NCBI RefSeq assembly: GCF_006345805.1
Contig: NC_043025.1
Coordinates: 1,178,001-1,242,000 of the forward strand
DNA length: 64,000 nucleotides
Origin: Octopus sinensis
Lineage: Eukaryota
Reading direction: 5' to 3'
Shown here: piece by piece, positions 41,648 to 55,123 of the stretch
Position numbering within the stretch: position 1 is the stretch's first letter
Layout: every line of letters starts with the position of its first letter
Notes under the pieces: generated by a model
The model's input: the letters and a program-made list of their open reading frames with translations, nothing else
The model's database searches: none
Told to the model about the DNA's origin: nothing
Program-made: the position numbers and the translations under genes

Positions 41648-42130
41648 AGCATACATGTGATTGTGAGTGTGTGAGAGCACAAGCATGTGTGTGTGTGTGT
41701 GTGTGTGTGCAAGCATACATGTGATTGTGAGTGTGTGAGAGCACAAGCATGTGTGTGTGTGTGTGTGTGTGTGTGCAAGCATACATGTGATTGTGAGTGT
41801 GTGAGAGCACAAGCATGTGTGTGTGTGTGTGTGTGCATGCATACATGTGATTGTGAGTGTGTGAGAGCACAAGCAGTGTGTGTGTGTGTGGTGTGTTGGT
41901 GTGCAAACATACATGTGATTGTGAGTGTGTGAGAGCACAAGCATGTGTTGTGTGTGTGTGTGTGTGCAGCATACATGTGATTGTGAGTGTGTGAGAGCAC
42001 AAGCATGTGTGTGTGTGTGGTGTGTGGTGTGCAAGATACATGTGATTGTGAGTGTGTGAGAGCACAAGCATGTGTGTGTGTGTGTGTGTGTGCATGCATA
42101 CATGTGATTGTGAGTGTGTGAGAGCACAAG

Positions 42131-42163
<33 letters not shown>

Positions 42164-42702
42164 AAGCATACATGTGATTGTGAGTGTGTGAGAGCACAAG
42201 CATGTGTGTGTGTGTGTGTGTGTGCATGCATACATGTGATTGTGAGTGTGTGAGAGCACAAGCATGTGTGTGTGTGTGTGTGTGTGCAAACATACATGTG
42301 ATTGTGAGTGTGTGAGAGCACAAGCATGTGGTGTGTGTGTGTGTGGTGTGTGCAAGCATACATGTGATTGTGAGTGTGTGAGAGCACAAGCATGTGTGTG
42401 TGTGTGTGTGCAAACATACATGTGATTGTGAGTGTGTGAGAGCACAAGCATGTGTGTGTGTGTGTGTGTGTGTGTGCAAGCATACATGTGATTGTGAGTG
42501 TGTGAGAGCACAAGCATGTGTGGTGTGTGTGTGTGGTGTGCATGCATACATGTGATTGTGAGTGTGTGAGAGCCACAAGCATGTGTGTTGTGTTTGTGTG
42601 TGTGCAAACATACATGGTGATTGTGAGTGTGTGAGAGCACAAGCATGTGTGTGTGTGTGTGGTGCATGCATACATGTGATTGTGAGTGTGTGAGAGCACA
42701 AG

Positions 42703-42735
<33 letters not shown>

Positions 42736-42839
42736 AAACATACATGTGATTGTGAGTGTGTGAGAGCACAAGCATGTGTGTGTGTGTGTGTGTGTGTGTG
42801 CAAGCATACATGTGATTGTGAGTGTGTGAGAGCACAAGC

Positions 42840-42870
<31 letters not shown>

Positions 42871-43033
42871 AGCATACATGTGATTGTGAGTGTGTGAGAG
42901 CACAAGCATGTGTGTGTGTGTGTGTGTGTGCATGCATACATGTGATTGTGAGTGTGTGAGAGCACAAGCATGTGTGTGTGTGTTTGTGTGTGTGCAAACA
43001 TACATGTGATTGTGAGTGTGTGAGAGCACAAGC

Positions 43034-43064
<31 letters not shown>

Positions 43065-43417
43065 AGCATACATGTGATTGTGAGTGTGTGAGAGCACAAG
43101 CATGTGTGTGTGTGTGTGTGTGTGTGCATGCATACATGTTGTGAGTGTGTGAGAGCACAAGCAGTGTGTGTGTGTGTGTGTGTGTGCAAACATACATGTG
43201 ATTGTGAGTGTGTGAGAGCACAAGCATGTGTGTGTGTGTGTGTGTGTGTGGTGTGCAAGCATACATGTGATTGTGAGTGTGTGAGAGCACAAAGCATTTG
43301 TGGTGTGTGTGTGCAAACATACATGTGATTGTGAGTGTGTGAGAGCACAAGCATGTGTGTGTGTGTGTGTGGTGGTGTGCAAGCATACATGTGATTGTGA
43401 GTGTGTGAGAGCACAAG

Positions 43418-43460
<43 letters not shown>

Positions 43461-43626
43461 TGCAGCATACATGTGATTGTGAGTGTGTGAGAGCACAAGC
43501 ATGTGTTGTGTGTGTGTGTGTGTGGTGTGCAAGCATACATGTGATTGTGAGTGTGTGAGAGCACAAGCATGTGTGTGTGTGTGTGTGCAAGCATACATGT
43601 GATTGTGAGTGGTGTGAGAGCACAAG

Positions 43627-43663
<37 letters not shown>

Positions 43664-43893
43664 AAGCATACATGTGATTGTGAGTGTGTGAGAGCACAAG
43701 CATGGTTGTGTGTGTGTGTGTGTGTGGTGTGTGCAAGCATACATGTGATTGTGAGTGTGTGAGAGCACAAGCATGTGTGTGTGTGTGCAAGCATACATGT
43801 GATTGTGAGTGTGTGAGAGCACAAGCATGTGTGTGTGTGGTGTGTGTGTGTGTGCAAGCATACATGTGATTGTGAGTGTGTGAGAGCACAAGC

Positions 43894-43924
<31 letters not shown>

Positions 43925-43990
43925 AGCATACATGTGATTGTGAGTGTGTGAGACCACAAGCATGTGTGTGTGTGTGTGTGTGTGCATGCT
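39895..43990. repeat. Compound minisatellite: constant ~42-nt core plus variable (GT)n, roughly 65-70 units
   Basis: gcaagcatacatgtgattgtgagtgtgtgagagcacaagcat + (gt)n is repeated for about 4.1 kb. Confidence 0.97.
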
Positions 43991-46199
43991 TGAATGTGTG
44001 TGCATGTGTGTGGTGGCATTTTTATTGTTTAGCTCCCAGTCAATTCTGATCGGTGACACTATGACCAAAGGCATTCCAGCAGTGACCGTCTTCAGTTCAT
44101 AGTTTCTTAAAACTACATTATCTTCTATTTTCTCCATGCTTTAAAGTGGTTGAGTGTAATTTAAGATAGATTTAGCTGCTATTTGTAGGAGGGCAGACAA
44201 CCATATAGAGGCATGCTTTCATTGTGATACTTGAATGTATAAAAGGAAAGGAACTCTCTAAAGGGAATCTTCTCAAAAAATCATGTCCCTTTAGGGGGAC
44301 ATAATTATTTTAAACTTTACCCACTGAAATAAATAGGGACCAACTGGTAAAATAATTACCTGATTAAGTACTGGGGTGAACTGATGTAATTGACTAAAAC
44401 CCTTAAAGATAGTATTCCCAACATAATCATAGTTCAATGAATGAAGCTAGCAAAAGAATGAAAGAATTTAATTAAATAAGCATAATTAATATATGATACA
44501 TAAAACAGTTAAAAAAGATCTCTGCGCTATTCAAAATCATAATCTCAACACACTGATAGCTGGATCTCTCTGGAACACCCTCCATACCCAGGTATTCTCA
44601 TCTACCCACTAACTTTCAATAATTCAAACTAAGCATTAACCACACACAGTTATCTCTGTACATTTTCTTAGTTAATCCATAGAGCCGCTGTTTATCTTGG
44701 GTTTATGTAGAATTAAGTAGCATAAGTCCCTCTATCTTTCTTCCCTACCCACCATCTTTCATCCATTGGATAGTATGATAGTCTATGTGTCTATCTTTTT
44801 GAACTTTCTCCTTTTTCTTGTTTTTGTTCGTTTTTCTTTTACACTTGATGAAATTATAGAAATATCTCCAAATACATTACTAACAAATACTACATAGTGC
44901 AGATAAAAATCCTCTATCGCTGCCGATAACTCTTTCTCTCTCACTTCACATCAAAGATCTCATTAAAAATTTAAAATGTATGTATATATATAATCCCAAG
45001 AACTTTCAAAAGAAAACCTATATATTTATTACACACACACACACACATGATATATATACCATATGATATATATATACATATATATATATGATATATTATA
45101 TATATATATATGTATATGCAATGGTGCGTATGGGAGGAGAGAGAGAGAGATTCACAATTATATATATGTGTGTGTGCATGTGTGTGATTTAGATTATAAT
45201 GATGATGTGTGCATGTATGTGTGTGTGTGTGTGCACAGTTATACATGTATAAGTGTAAGTGTACTAAAGAACGATTCTCTCCATTCAGCCAGAAATTTGT
45301 GAAGCCTTACAACCGTGCGTTCAATGGTTCCGGAATGTCTCTAACCTGGGAGTGGATTGGCAGAGATTTTTCTAACCCGGATCTTAATTTGGGTCGAGAA
45401 ACCTGACTGATGAGAATGAACATATCTATAGCTTTCAATTTTTAATGTATCTATTATTAATATGGGTGAGGGTGGAAATGGTAGAGAAACAACCTGGAGA
45501 AATATTGAATTGTTTGTGCTGGTTGGCAAGCCTGGCTTATTGTATAATTGAAGGAGAGAGAAGAAAGAGGGCGGAAAAGGATTTCTGGTTGTTTTATTAC
45601 CATGTCTATTAGTTAAAAATTATTATTACAACTGAATGAAATGGTTTCATTGCTGTTTAGTGGCTCTCCACCCTTCCCAAGTGATTGGTACTATCATTGG
45701 TGTTACTGATGCAACAGGAAATGTTGGCATCAACTACAAGTCTCTCGGCTTACCAGCAAAATCACCACCACCACCACCAATTCCAGTAAAATCACCCCCA
45801 CTAACACTGCCGAATGCCACTGTCATCACTAAGAATGCCTTAGTGACCATCACTAACAACGCCACTGTCACCATCGCTAGTTATTCCACTACACAAACCT
45901 GCCACCACCACCACCACCACCACCGTCATCACTCCCAGTAACACCACCACCATCACTAATAAAGCCACCACCATCACTGTCAACGTCACCATCACCACCA
46001 CTACTACCAGCACTTTCACCACCACCACCACCACTACCATCTCTACCATAGCTACTACACAATCACCATACAATGCCCCATCAACCCCGTACTAAGCAAC
46101 CTGCACACTATAATAACACTAGACTACAACTTTGCTGCACTGTACCCACACTACATCACTTCATATGCTACAACACAAACATGATTTATAACACCAACA

Positions 46200-46580
46200 T
46201 CGTGGCACTCCGTCGGTTATGACGATGCGAGTTCCAATTGATCCAAACAACGGAACAGCCTGCTCGTGAAATTAACGTTTAAGTGGCTGAGCACTCCACA
46301 GACAAATGTACCCTTAACGTAGTTCTCGGGGATATTCAGCATGACACAGAATGTGACAAGGCTGGCCCCTTTGAAATACAGGTACAAGAGAAAGAGGAAG
46401 AAGGAGTGAGAGAAAGTTATGGTGGAAGAGTACAGTAGGGTTCGCCACCCTCCACTCCAGAGCCACGTGGAGCTTTAGGTGTTTTCACTCAATAAACACC
46501 CACAACACCTGGTCTGGAAATCGAAACCATGATCCCACAACTGTGTGTCCGCTGCCCTAACCACTGGGTCATTGCGCATC
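46200..46580 (-). mobile_element. Full-length tRNA-headed SINE, family 'D'
   Basis: Minus-strand head gcgcaatgacccagtggttagggcag...gtttcgatttcc. It shares its 5' half with family B but has a different 3' body. Confidence 0.8.
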
Positions 46581-47104
46581 CACAACACCAGCATACATTA
46601 GAGGATCGTCACACTAATATGCAAGCATACTACAGCTCTACAGCAGACTACAGCAACACACATACATACTAAAACACAATTACACACACACAACACTATC
46701 CCATACTATAGCTTCATACTGCAGTGCAGTAGCATAGCCTAGGGTATGCAGAATGTGTAGTCCACAGAAGGCATCCACTTTGAATGGGGGTGGCAGACAA
46801 ATATTGGAGGCATGTTACATTTCAAGATAGGGGTGGCTAATTTGGCTATTACAAAGGAAAGGGTGTTCAAAACACATGCTATGACACGGCCGCAACCATA
46901 CAACATCACATGCCACAATAACATCATGGGCAAGCCAATGAGCAAGCTTGCACATGGTGGCTTGGTTTGCTAAAAATAGCAACCAAGTTTCCATCAAGTC
47001 TTTAAAAAGAACATATTGAATGGATAATGTGATATTTGAGTTCCGTGCATAAAGAAAAAAGTCTGGATAGTCATATCTGGAACCCCATTAATCATAGGTC
47101 TGAT

Positions 47105-47695
47105 TGATCCATCACCATCACCACCACCACCACCACCACCACCACCACCACAACACCAGCAATATCATCACCATTAAAACTACTACCACTACAACAACAA
47201 CACCATCACAAACATCACCACTAACACCAACACCACCAACAACAACACCAACACCACCACCACCACCACCACCACCACCACAACACCAGCAATATCTTCA
47301 CCATTAAAACTACTACCACTACAACAACAACACCATCACAAACATCACCACTAACACAAACACCACCACCACCACCACCACCACCACAACAACACCAGCA
47401 ATATCATCACCATTAAAACTACTACCACTACAACAACATAATCATCACAAACATCACCACCAACACCACCACCACCAACACCAACACCAACACCACCACC
47501 ACCAACACCACCACCACCAACACCAACACCAACACCACCACCACCAACACCAACACCACCACCACCACCACACCAACAACAACAACAACAACACCAACAC
47601 CACTACCACCACCACCAACACCAACACCACCACCACCACCACCAACACCGACACCACCACCACAACACCACCACCAACACCACCACCATAGCTAT
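47105..47695. repeat. ACC/AAC-rich low-complexity tract with a three-fold repeated ~75-bp block
   Basis: aacaccagcaatatc.tcaccattaaaactactaccactacaacaac occurs near 47152, 47282 and 47392. Confidence 0.9.
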
Positions 47696-47719
47696 CATAC
47701 CGCAACACTGCCATTTTAC

Positions 47720-47950
47720 AAACTCTTCACTTCTTGAACAGGGCTGACTTGGGGTCAACCCGGAGACAGACGCCGATCAAATTTTATGCATAGATCATCA
47801 GTGAAGGTATCTGTGACATAGTTCTGCTGAACAGACAAGTGACTATTGATGGAGTAGAAAATGTTATTGAAATTAGCCAAGGCTCCGTCTACAAAATCCT
47901 AAACTGCTGTCTTAGCTTTGATAGAGTTTTCTGCAAGATGGATCTCAAAA
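47720..47950 (+). pseudogene. Mariner transposase fragment (HTH region)
   Basis: DIVLLNRQVTIDGVENVIEISQGSVYKIL...L.F.RV/CARWI resembles the mariner 'RRVTI...IS.GSV..IL...KV.ARWVP' motif. Confidence 0.6.
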
Positions 47951-48695
47951 CAACAACAGTAACAGAAACACCATATATTATGCAACTATGCAACATGACT
48001 ATATTATAACAACACAGATACTACGTGAGTCAAGCACTTCTATATTATCACTATCAGCTTGTCGCTTGATCTGCTAGAAAGAGTAAGAAATGGTAGCCAA
48101 ATATCTCTCTCAAATCAGAGCATCAGATTCTTTAAGAAAGCTAGGAACAATGAACATATTGGGTGATGTAGTCCTAGATATATTAAGTCAGGATAAAAGA
48201 TAAGATGATTTTGGGACCTGCTTGATCAGGAGTGATCTGGTCCTGCACAACAAAAACAACAACAACAGAATTGTCATAATTATCATTATCATCAATATCA
48301 TCATCATCATCATCATTATCATCATCATCATCATCATCGCCGTCGTTGTTGTCATCGTTGTCGTCGTCATCCTTATTACCATTGTCATCGCCGTTGTAGT
48401 TGTCATCATCATCATGATCACTATTGTCATCGTCGTCATCATGATCATGGTACTGCATTGAAGGGGTTTTATATTTATATATATATGTGTGTGTATGTAT
48501 GTATTACAGTTGGTCGTATCAACCCCAATATTTACTTTAATTTTGATACTTATTCTACAGGTACCTACACAACTACACAACTACTTTTTTTGCCAAAAAC
48601 AGAGTCCAATAGAGAATGCAAGCCAACCTACACCTGTTATCAAATGATAAGAAGCACACACATGCATGCACAGACACACTCACACACACATATAA

Positions 48696-48900
48696 ATGAG
48701 AAGTTGTTGAAAAGTTCCTGGATTTTGGTAAAAGAAGATACAGTTAAGATTTTACTCAACATATTCCCTTCTCACATTCACACACTTTTTGCAGCGGTCC
48801 TTCAGTTTTTCTAAGACCTGTAAAAGAACTCAGAATGTTGGGCCTCCAATCAGGCCTTTCATGATACCTTTAAAGCCAGGAACTTTTAGCACCCCCTGTG
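48696..48900. mobile_element. Mariner-type MITE
   Basis: Imperfect TIRs gttgttgaaaagttcctggatttt and tttaaagccaggaacttttagcacccc. Confidence 0.65.
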
Positions 48901-49515
48901 TGTGTGTGTATATATATATATATGTGTGTGTGCACCCACACACACACATATATTTGCATGTATGCATGTATGTATGTATGTATGTATGCATAAATGAGAG
49001 ACTTCAGTACAGCTTCTGTCAGACAAGTTCACCCTCAAGGTATCAGTAGATCTGGAGCTAAAGTATAGGCCACTTGCACAAGGTACTAAACACATTTATG
49101 TGTTGTTCACCCTGTTAGAAACAGCAACAAAATCTTCCTTCAGTTATACCCTACCGTCTTAAAAATGGATAATAGGTTTCTGAGTTCCCAAGGAGAAAAG
49201 AAGAAGGATCACCAATGATCCTTTGGAGAGCTTCCGAGTAATGAGAAGGAGTGAGAGAAGGAAGGGAAGAGGAGGGAGGATGTACCCACGACCAAAGACG
49301 CAAAAACAACATTTGCAGTAGAGCAGACTCTTCCTTGTCTTTCTCATTTGGAAAGCCATGATTGGAATGCCTTGGGTCATGAGTTTCTTGAGCTAAATAG
49401 CAATAACATGAACTACACAACTACACAATTCACACAACATGCAATGAACACACATGCAGTATATATCATCATCATCATCGTTTAACGTCCGCTTTCCATG
49501 CTAGCATGGGTTGGA

Positions 49516-49564
<49 letters not shown>

Positions 49565-51010
49565 ACCTGGCTTTCGTTGGCATGGAGAAAGCCTTTGACA
49601 GGGTCCCTTAATCCCTTTTCTGGTGGTCAATGAGGAAACTAGGGATAGATGAATGGTTAGTGAGAGCTGTGTGAGCCATGTACAGGGACACTCCTAATAA
49701 GGTGAGGGTTGGCAACGAGCACAGTGAATAATTCCGGGTAGAGGTAGGGGTCCACCAAGGCTCAGTCCTCAGCCCCCTCCTATTTATCATAGTCCTCCGG
49801 GCAATAACGCAGGAATTCAAGACAGGATGCCCTTGGGAGCTCCTCTATGCTGATGACCTTGCTCTAATTGCTGAGTCTCTATCAGAACTGGAGGAGAAGT
49901 TTCAGGTGTGGAAGCAAGGATTAGAATCGAAGGGCCTTAGAATCAACCTAGCCAAAACCAAAGTCCTAATAAGTAGGAAGGTAGACAAATCACAAACGCC
50001 TTCAGGTAGATGGCCCTGCTCGATCTGTAGAAAAGGTGTAGGTAGAAACTCTATAAGATGCACCAAGTGTAAGCTATGGACACATAAGGGGTGCAGCAAT
50101 GTCAAAGGTAGGCTAACTGGGAAGATGGTTTTTGTATGTGGCAGATGCTCAGGAACAATAAACACTGAAAATGCTCTGAGACCAACTTCCGTCACTTTCC
50201 AGGGAGAAAAACTAGAAATAGTTGATAGTTTCCGTTACCTAGGTGACCAAGTCAGCAGCGGGGTTGGGTGTGCTGAAAGTGTAACTGCTAGAGTAAGAAT
50301 AGCCTGGGCAAAGTTCAGAGAGCTCTTACCTCTGCTGGTGACAAAAGGTCTCTCGCACAGAGTAAAAGGCAGACTGTATGATGCATGTGTACGTACAGCC
50401 ATGCTACATGGCAGTGAAACATGGGCCGTGACTGCTGAGGATAGGCGTAACCTCGCAAGAAATGAAGCCAGTATGCTCCGATGGATGTGTAATGTCAGTG
50501 TTCATACTCGGCAGAGTGTAAGTACCTTGAGAGAAAAGTTGGACCTAAGCAGCATCAGTTGTGGTGTGCGAGAGAGACGTTTGCACTGGTATGGTCATGT
50601 GGCAAGAATGGATGAAGATAGTTGTGTGAAAAAGTGCCACACCCTAGCGGTTGAGGGAACCTGTGGAAGAGGTAGACTCAGGAAAACCTGGGACGAGGTG
50701 GTGAAGCACGACCTTCGAACATTAGGTCTCACCGAGGAGATGACTAGTGACCGGGACCTTTGGAAGTATGCTGTGCATGAGAAGACCCGGCAGGACAAGT
50801 GAGACCATAACCCGTGGCCTCTACCTGGGATGTAGCCAGTCCACTTGTGCATGCCTTTCCTTCTTGGGACACAAAACTCTACTTGTGAGGACCTGTTGAG
50901 GCAAGTGAAAATCGAAATTGATCAACATAAATGGAAATTGTATTTGTGATACCAGTGCCAGTGGCATGTAAGAGAACGATCTGAACGTGGCTGTTGCCAG
51001 CCCCCCCCCC
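49565..51010 (+). pseudogene. RTE-clade LINE, 5'-truncated: RT with an embedded PHD finger, C-terminus and 3'UTR
   Basis: YLAF..EKAFDRVP, GVHQGSVLSPLLF, LLYADD, FRYLG, MLHGSETW and RGRLRKTW motifs. There are stops in the 5' part; an open frame runs 49906-50802. Confidence 0.9.
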
Positions 51011-51159
51011 CGACTAGATATGAGATGTTTTGGCACAGCTGTTTTGGTACTGCCCATATTACATCACTAATTCAATACTGGCTTATTTGACATCAGACCT
51101 TTTAATGTCCCCCATTCTGTCTCTCTTTCTCTTTGTGTGTGTGTATATATATACTCTTT

Positions 51160-51537
51160 TACTCTTTTACTTGTTTCAGTCATTTGACTGCGGCCATGCT
51201 GGAGCACCACCTTTAGTCGAGCAAATCGACCCCGGGACTTATTCTTTGTAAGCCCAGTACTTATTCTATCGGTCTCTTTTGCCGAACCGCTAAGTGACGG
51301 GAACGTAAACACACCAGCATCGAGGGGACAAACACAGACACACACACTTATATATATATATATATACATATATACGACAGGCTTCTTTCAGTTTCCGTCT
51401 ACCAAATCCACTCACAAGGCATTGGTCGACCCGGGGCTATAGCAGAAGACACTTGCTCAAGATGCCATGCAGTGGGACTGAACCCAGAACCATGTGGTTG
51501 GTTAGCAAGCTACTTACCACACAGCCACTCCTGCGCC

Positions 51538-51540
<3 letters not shown>
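51160..51540 (-). mobile_element. Family-C SINE
   Basis: Matches the other copies, with a small internal deletion. Confidence 0.85.
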
Positions 51541-51564
<24 letters not shown>

Positions 51565-51572
<8 letters not shown>

Positions 51573-51702
51573 TACACTATTAGATATGTACGTATATACT
51601 CAAGGGTACTACATGAGTACCTATATCACTAATGATAGCGATATAGGTACTCATGTAGTACCCTTGTGTATATACGTACATATCTAATATTGTATGTATA
51701 TA
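51565..51702. repeat. Near-perfect palindrome (63-bp arms, 2 mismatches, 12-nt loop)
   Basis: Arms 51565-51627 and 51640-51702 were checked base by base. Confidence 0.95.
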
Positions 51703-51774
51703 TTTTATTAATTTGCCTGAACGGCTGATAATTCGCTTACCACTTGTGATGGTATTTTAATAATGCCATCCCTA

Positions 51775-51815
<41 letters not shown>

Positions 51816-51905
51816 AATTCAAATAAATGGAAAAAATGATTTAAAAAAATATTGTGAGGACATGCATCACAGATGTATTAGCTTGACACTCTGTGAAAGG
51901 AGAGA

Positions 51906-51940
51906 GTTTGATGTTTCGAGCATAGCTCTTCATCGGAAAA
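51906..51940 (-). ncRNA. Minimal hammerhead-like motif (best-preserved copy)
   Basis: TTTT-CCGATGA-A-GAGC-TAT-GCTC-GAAA-CA-TC-AAAC. Confidence 0.45.
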
Positions 51941-52043
51941 GAGAAAAGGAAAAATCCAAAGATGGAAAAGAAACTGCCAACAGCACATGTGTAGTTACAT
52001 TGCTGATATGCATGCAGACTTATACACAGACAGACAAATAAAG

Positions 52044-52075
<32 letters not shown>

Positions 52076-52347
52076 CTGTATGTGTATATTTCTGCATGCA
52101 TGTGCATGAGTGGGTGTTTGTTTCCAGGGCCAAAGAGCATTGTGCTTGCCTCCAGTACCAAAAAATACTATCACCAAAGTAGGCTTAATGTCCTATTAGC
52201 TATGCGAAATCACCAGTGTCCAAACAATCACATCCAATCATTTCATTCCAGTCAACCATAGACCTAACACAAATGCTTGCAACAGAGAAGATTCCTCTGC
52301 CAAGGCACCTAATATTCCAGGTAATCACTGCCATCATCATCATTTAA

Positions 52348-52569
52348 CCCTTTTGATACCAACCCAGATGAAACCGCCTCTGGCTCTGTAGTACAAATGT
52401 CTTGTTTTCATAAGTTTTCAATTAAAATCTTCCACCAAACCTTAGCCACAATTTATGTTCCTAACACTAACTTAATGATTACTGAGTTATTTTACTAAAT
52501 TCTTTGTTATATTTAAAATTAATTGAAAGAAACGCAGAGCACCTCAACAATAATACGGTAACGAAAGGG
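52348..52569. mobile_element. piggyBac-type MITE with TTAA target-site duplication
   Basis: TTAA-CCCTTT...AAAGGG-TTAA. Removing it restores the catcatcat-ttaa-catgtttt retroelement end. Confidence 0.85.
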
Positions 52570-54396
52570 TTAACATGTTTTTCATGCATACTGGCATAGG
52601 TTGACCAGTTTGATATGAGCTGGAAAGCTGGAAAACCAGAGGGCTGTATCAGGCTCCAGTCCTTTTTTTTTGGCATGGTTTCTATTGTTGGATGCCCTTC
52701 CTAACACCAACCACTTTACAGAGCATACTGGATGCATAGTGGTGGTGATGTGAAATCAAGTGACAGATAAAATTTACCATCCGAGCTGGCCACAGTAAGA
52801 TTTAAACTCAGAATGCAAAGAGCCAGGATAATTTCTAGCAGGTATCTGGTCTGGTATTCTTACTGTTCTATTAATCCACAGCTTTAGACTGGTAACTTCT
52901 TTTATCAACCCCCAAAAGAATAAAAATCAATGTTGGATGAGATGGTCTTTGCAAATTTTTGAAGTATGACGGAAAGATGAGAGAGACAAAAGAGAAACAT
53001 CCAAATTGAACTCAGAACATGGACAGATGCAAGAAAAACCTGCATGACGTTTTAGCCAACATCATTGTCATCGACATCATACTTATCACCATTATTGTCA
53101 TTTTCATTGAAGTCATCAACATCATAATTGATGTTGTTGTTATCACCATCATCTTTATAATTCTCATCACAATCATCCTCATCAGCACAACCACAACCAC
53201 CACCATTATCATCATCATCATCATCATCACAACCATCATCATCCTCTACATAATCTTCATCATCATTTTTTTTTCTCATGTTTTATCCATGCTAGTATGG
53301 GCTGAGACATTTTTTGGCAGTGCAACTGTATACCCTTTCTAATTCTACCCTTTTTAGTCTTCACAGTTATTTGAAAACTGAGATACCCTAGGTATAATGA
53401 CTATTTACTCATCCCTTGATTCAGTAAAAAAAAACATAGACACAAACACACAAAAAAATTTGCTAAAACCAAAGTGTAAGGGCAGGCTCCTTTAAAATCA
53501 TTTACTTTGTTTGGCATAAGATCTGAAATTTTTGGGGAAGGACCAGTTTATTAGATCAACCCCAGTACGTAAATGGTACTTAATTTATCAACCCCGAAAG
53601 GATGAAAGGCAAAGTTGAACTCGGCAGAATTTGAACCCAGAATGTAAAGACACGAAATACCACTAAGCATTTCACCTGGCATGCTAACATTTCTGCCAGC
53701 TTGCCACCTTGCTGGATCTTGGACATTAGTTGGTAAAGACACACAACTTTCAGTAGCTGGAGATGGGACTTGTGCCTCTCTGTTTCTAAATCCAGTGGGA
53801 AATGTATTAGAGATCTGCAGTGAATAATTGATGGTTTGCAGGGTTGCTGGGATAGAGTTGGGTCAATTGATCAGTGTAGGGAAGTCGATACAATCTGAGA
53901 AAAATCTGAGTTACAGATTGCTGCTAGCAGGAAATCAGATAGCATTGACTTTAACAACAATAACAGCAATAGCAACACGTACAGTGAAACAACAACAAAA
54001 TCAAAAGCATTCATAATATATCCAAACAGGAACAACAGCTGCACGCACAAACACACACACACAAACACACACATGCACATACACACATATACACGCATGC
54101 ACACACACAGATACACAGACACATGAATATCAGTCAGTTGTCCATAAGTTAGAAAAAAAAGTCACACTAAAAAATTTTATGCAGTTATACTTTTATGTAT
54201 TCAAGTAGTATATCCTTGGTTACAGCTATATATGGTCATATATATCATCATCATCATCATCATCGTATATATAAATATATATATATATATATCAGACAAA
54301 AAGAGATAACAAAGCCAAGGCTGTAAGGAGTTTTCAGGACATTTATAAGGAAAGAGATAGAGATATAGTCTTACAGCTGTTTCTGGGATATTATGG

Positions 54397-54427
<31 letters not shown>

Positions 54428-54505
54428 TGTATGTATGTATGTATGTATGTATGTATGCATGCATGCATGCATCTATCTATCTGTCTGTCTGTCTGCCTGT
54501 CTATC

Positions 54506-54536
<31 letters not shown>

Positions 54537-54611
54537 CTATTATCTATCTATCTATATATATATATATTATATATATATATATTATATATATATATATATA
54601 TATGTATGTAT

Positions 54612-55040
54612 ATAGGCGTAGGAGTGGCTGTGTGGTAAGTAGCTTGCTTACCAGCCACATGATTCCGGGTTAAATCCCACTGTGTGGCACCTTGGGCAAG
54701 TGTCTTCTACTATAGCCTCGGGCCGACCAAAGCCTTGTGAGTGGATTTGGTAGATGGAAACTAAAAGAAGACCATCGTATATATGTATATATATGTATAT
54801 ATATATATATGTGTGTGTGTGTTTGTGTGTCTGTGTTTGTTCCCTCAACATCGTTTGACAACTGATGGCGGTGTGTTTACATCCCTGTAACTTAGCAGTT
54901 CAGCAAAAGAGACAGATGGAATATGTACTAAGCTTACAAAGAATAAGTCCTGGGGTCGATTTGCTCGACTAAAAGTGGCGCTCCAGCATGGCCACAGTCA
55001 TATGACTGAAACAAGTAAAAGAATAAAAGAGTAAAAGAGT
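54612..55040 (+). mobile_element. Full-length family-C SINE
   Basis: Same structure as 36991-37415. Confidence 0.85.
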
Positions 55041-55047
55041 ATATATA

Positions 55048-55121
<74 letters not shown>

Positions 55122-55123
<2 letters not shown>

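Noticed and set aside
39895-43990. CRISPR-like repeat/spacer pattern
   Set aside because: The spacers are only (GT)n, there are no cas genes, and the context is eukaryotic.
39876-44137. Three ORFs of 1349-1416 aa
   Set aside because: They are translations of a CA-rich minisatellite open in all frames, with no domain structure.
53712-54016. LRR-like LAGNQI peptide (+) and a protein-like minus-strand frame
   Set aside because: A single imperfect motif; the minus-strand frame has a stop and its apparent donor site is the start of a SINE.
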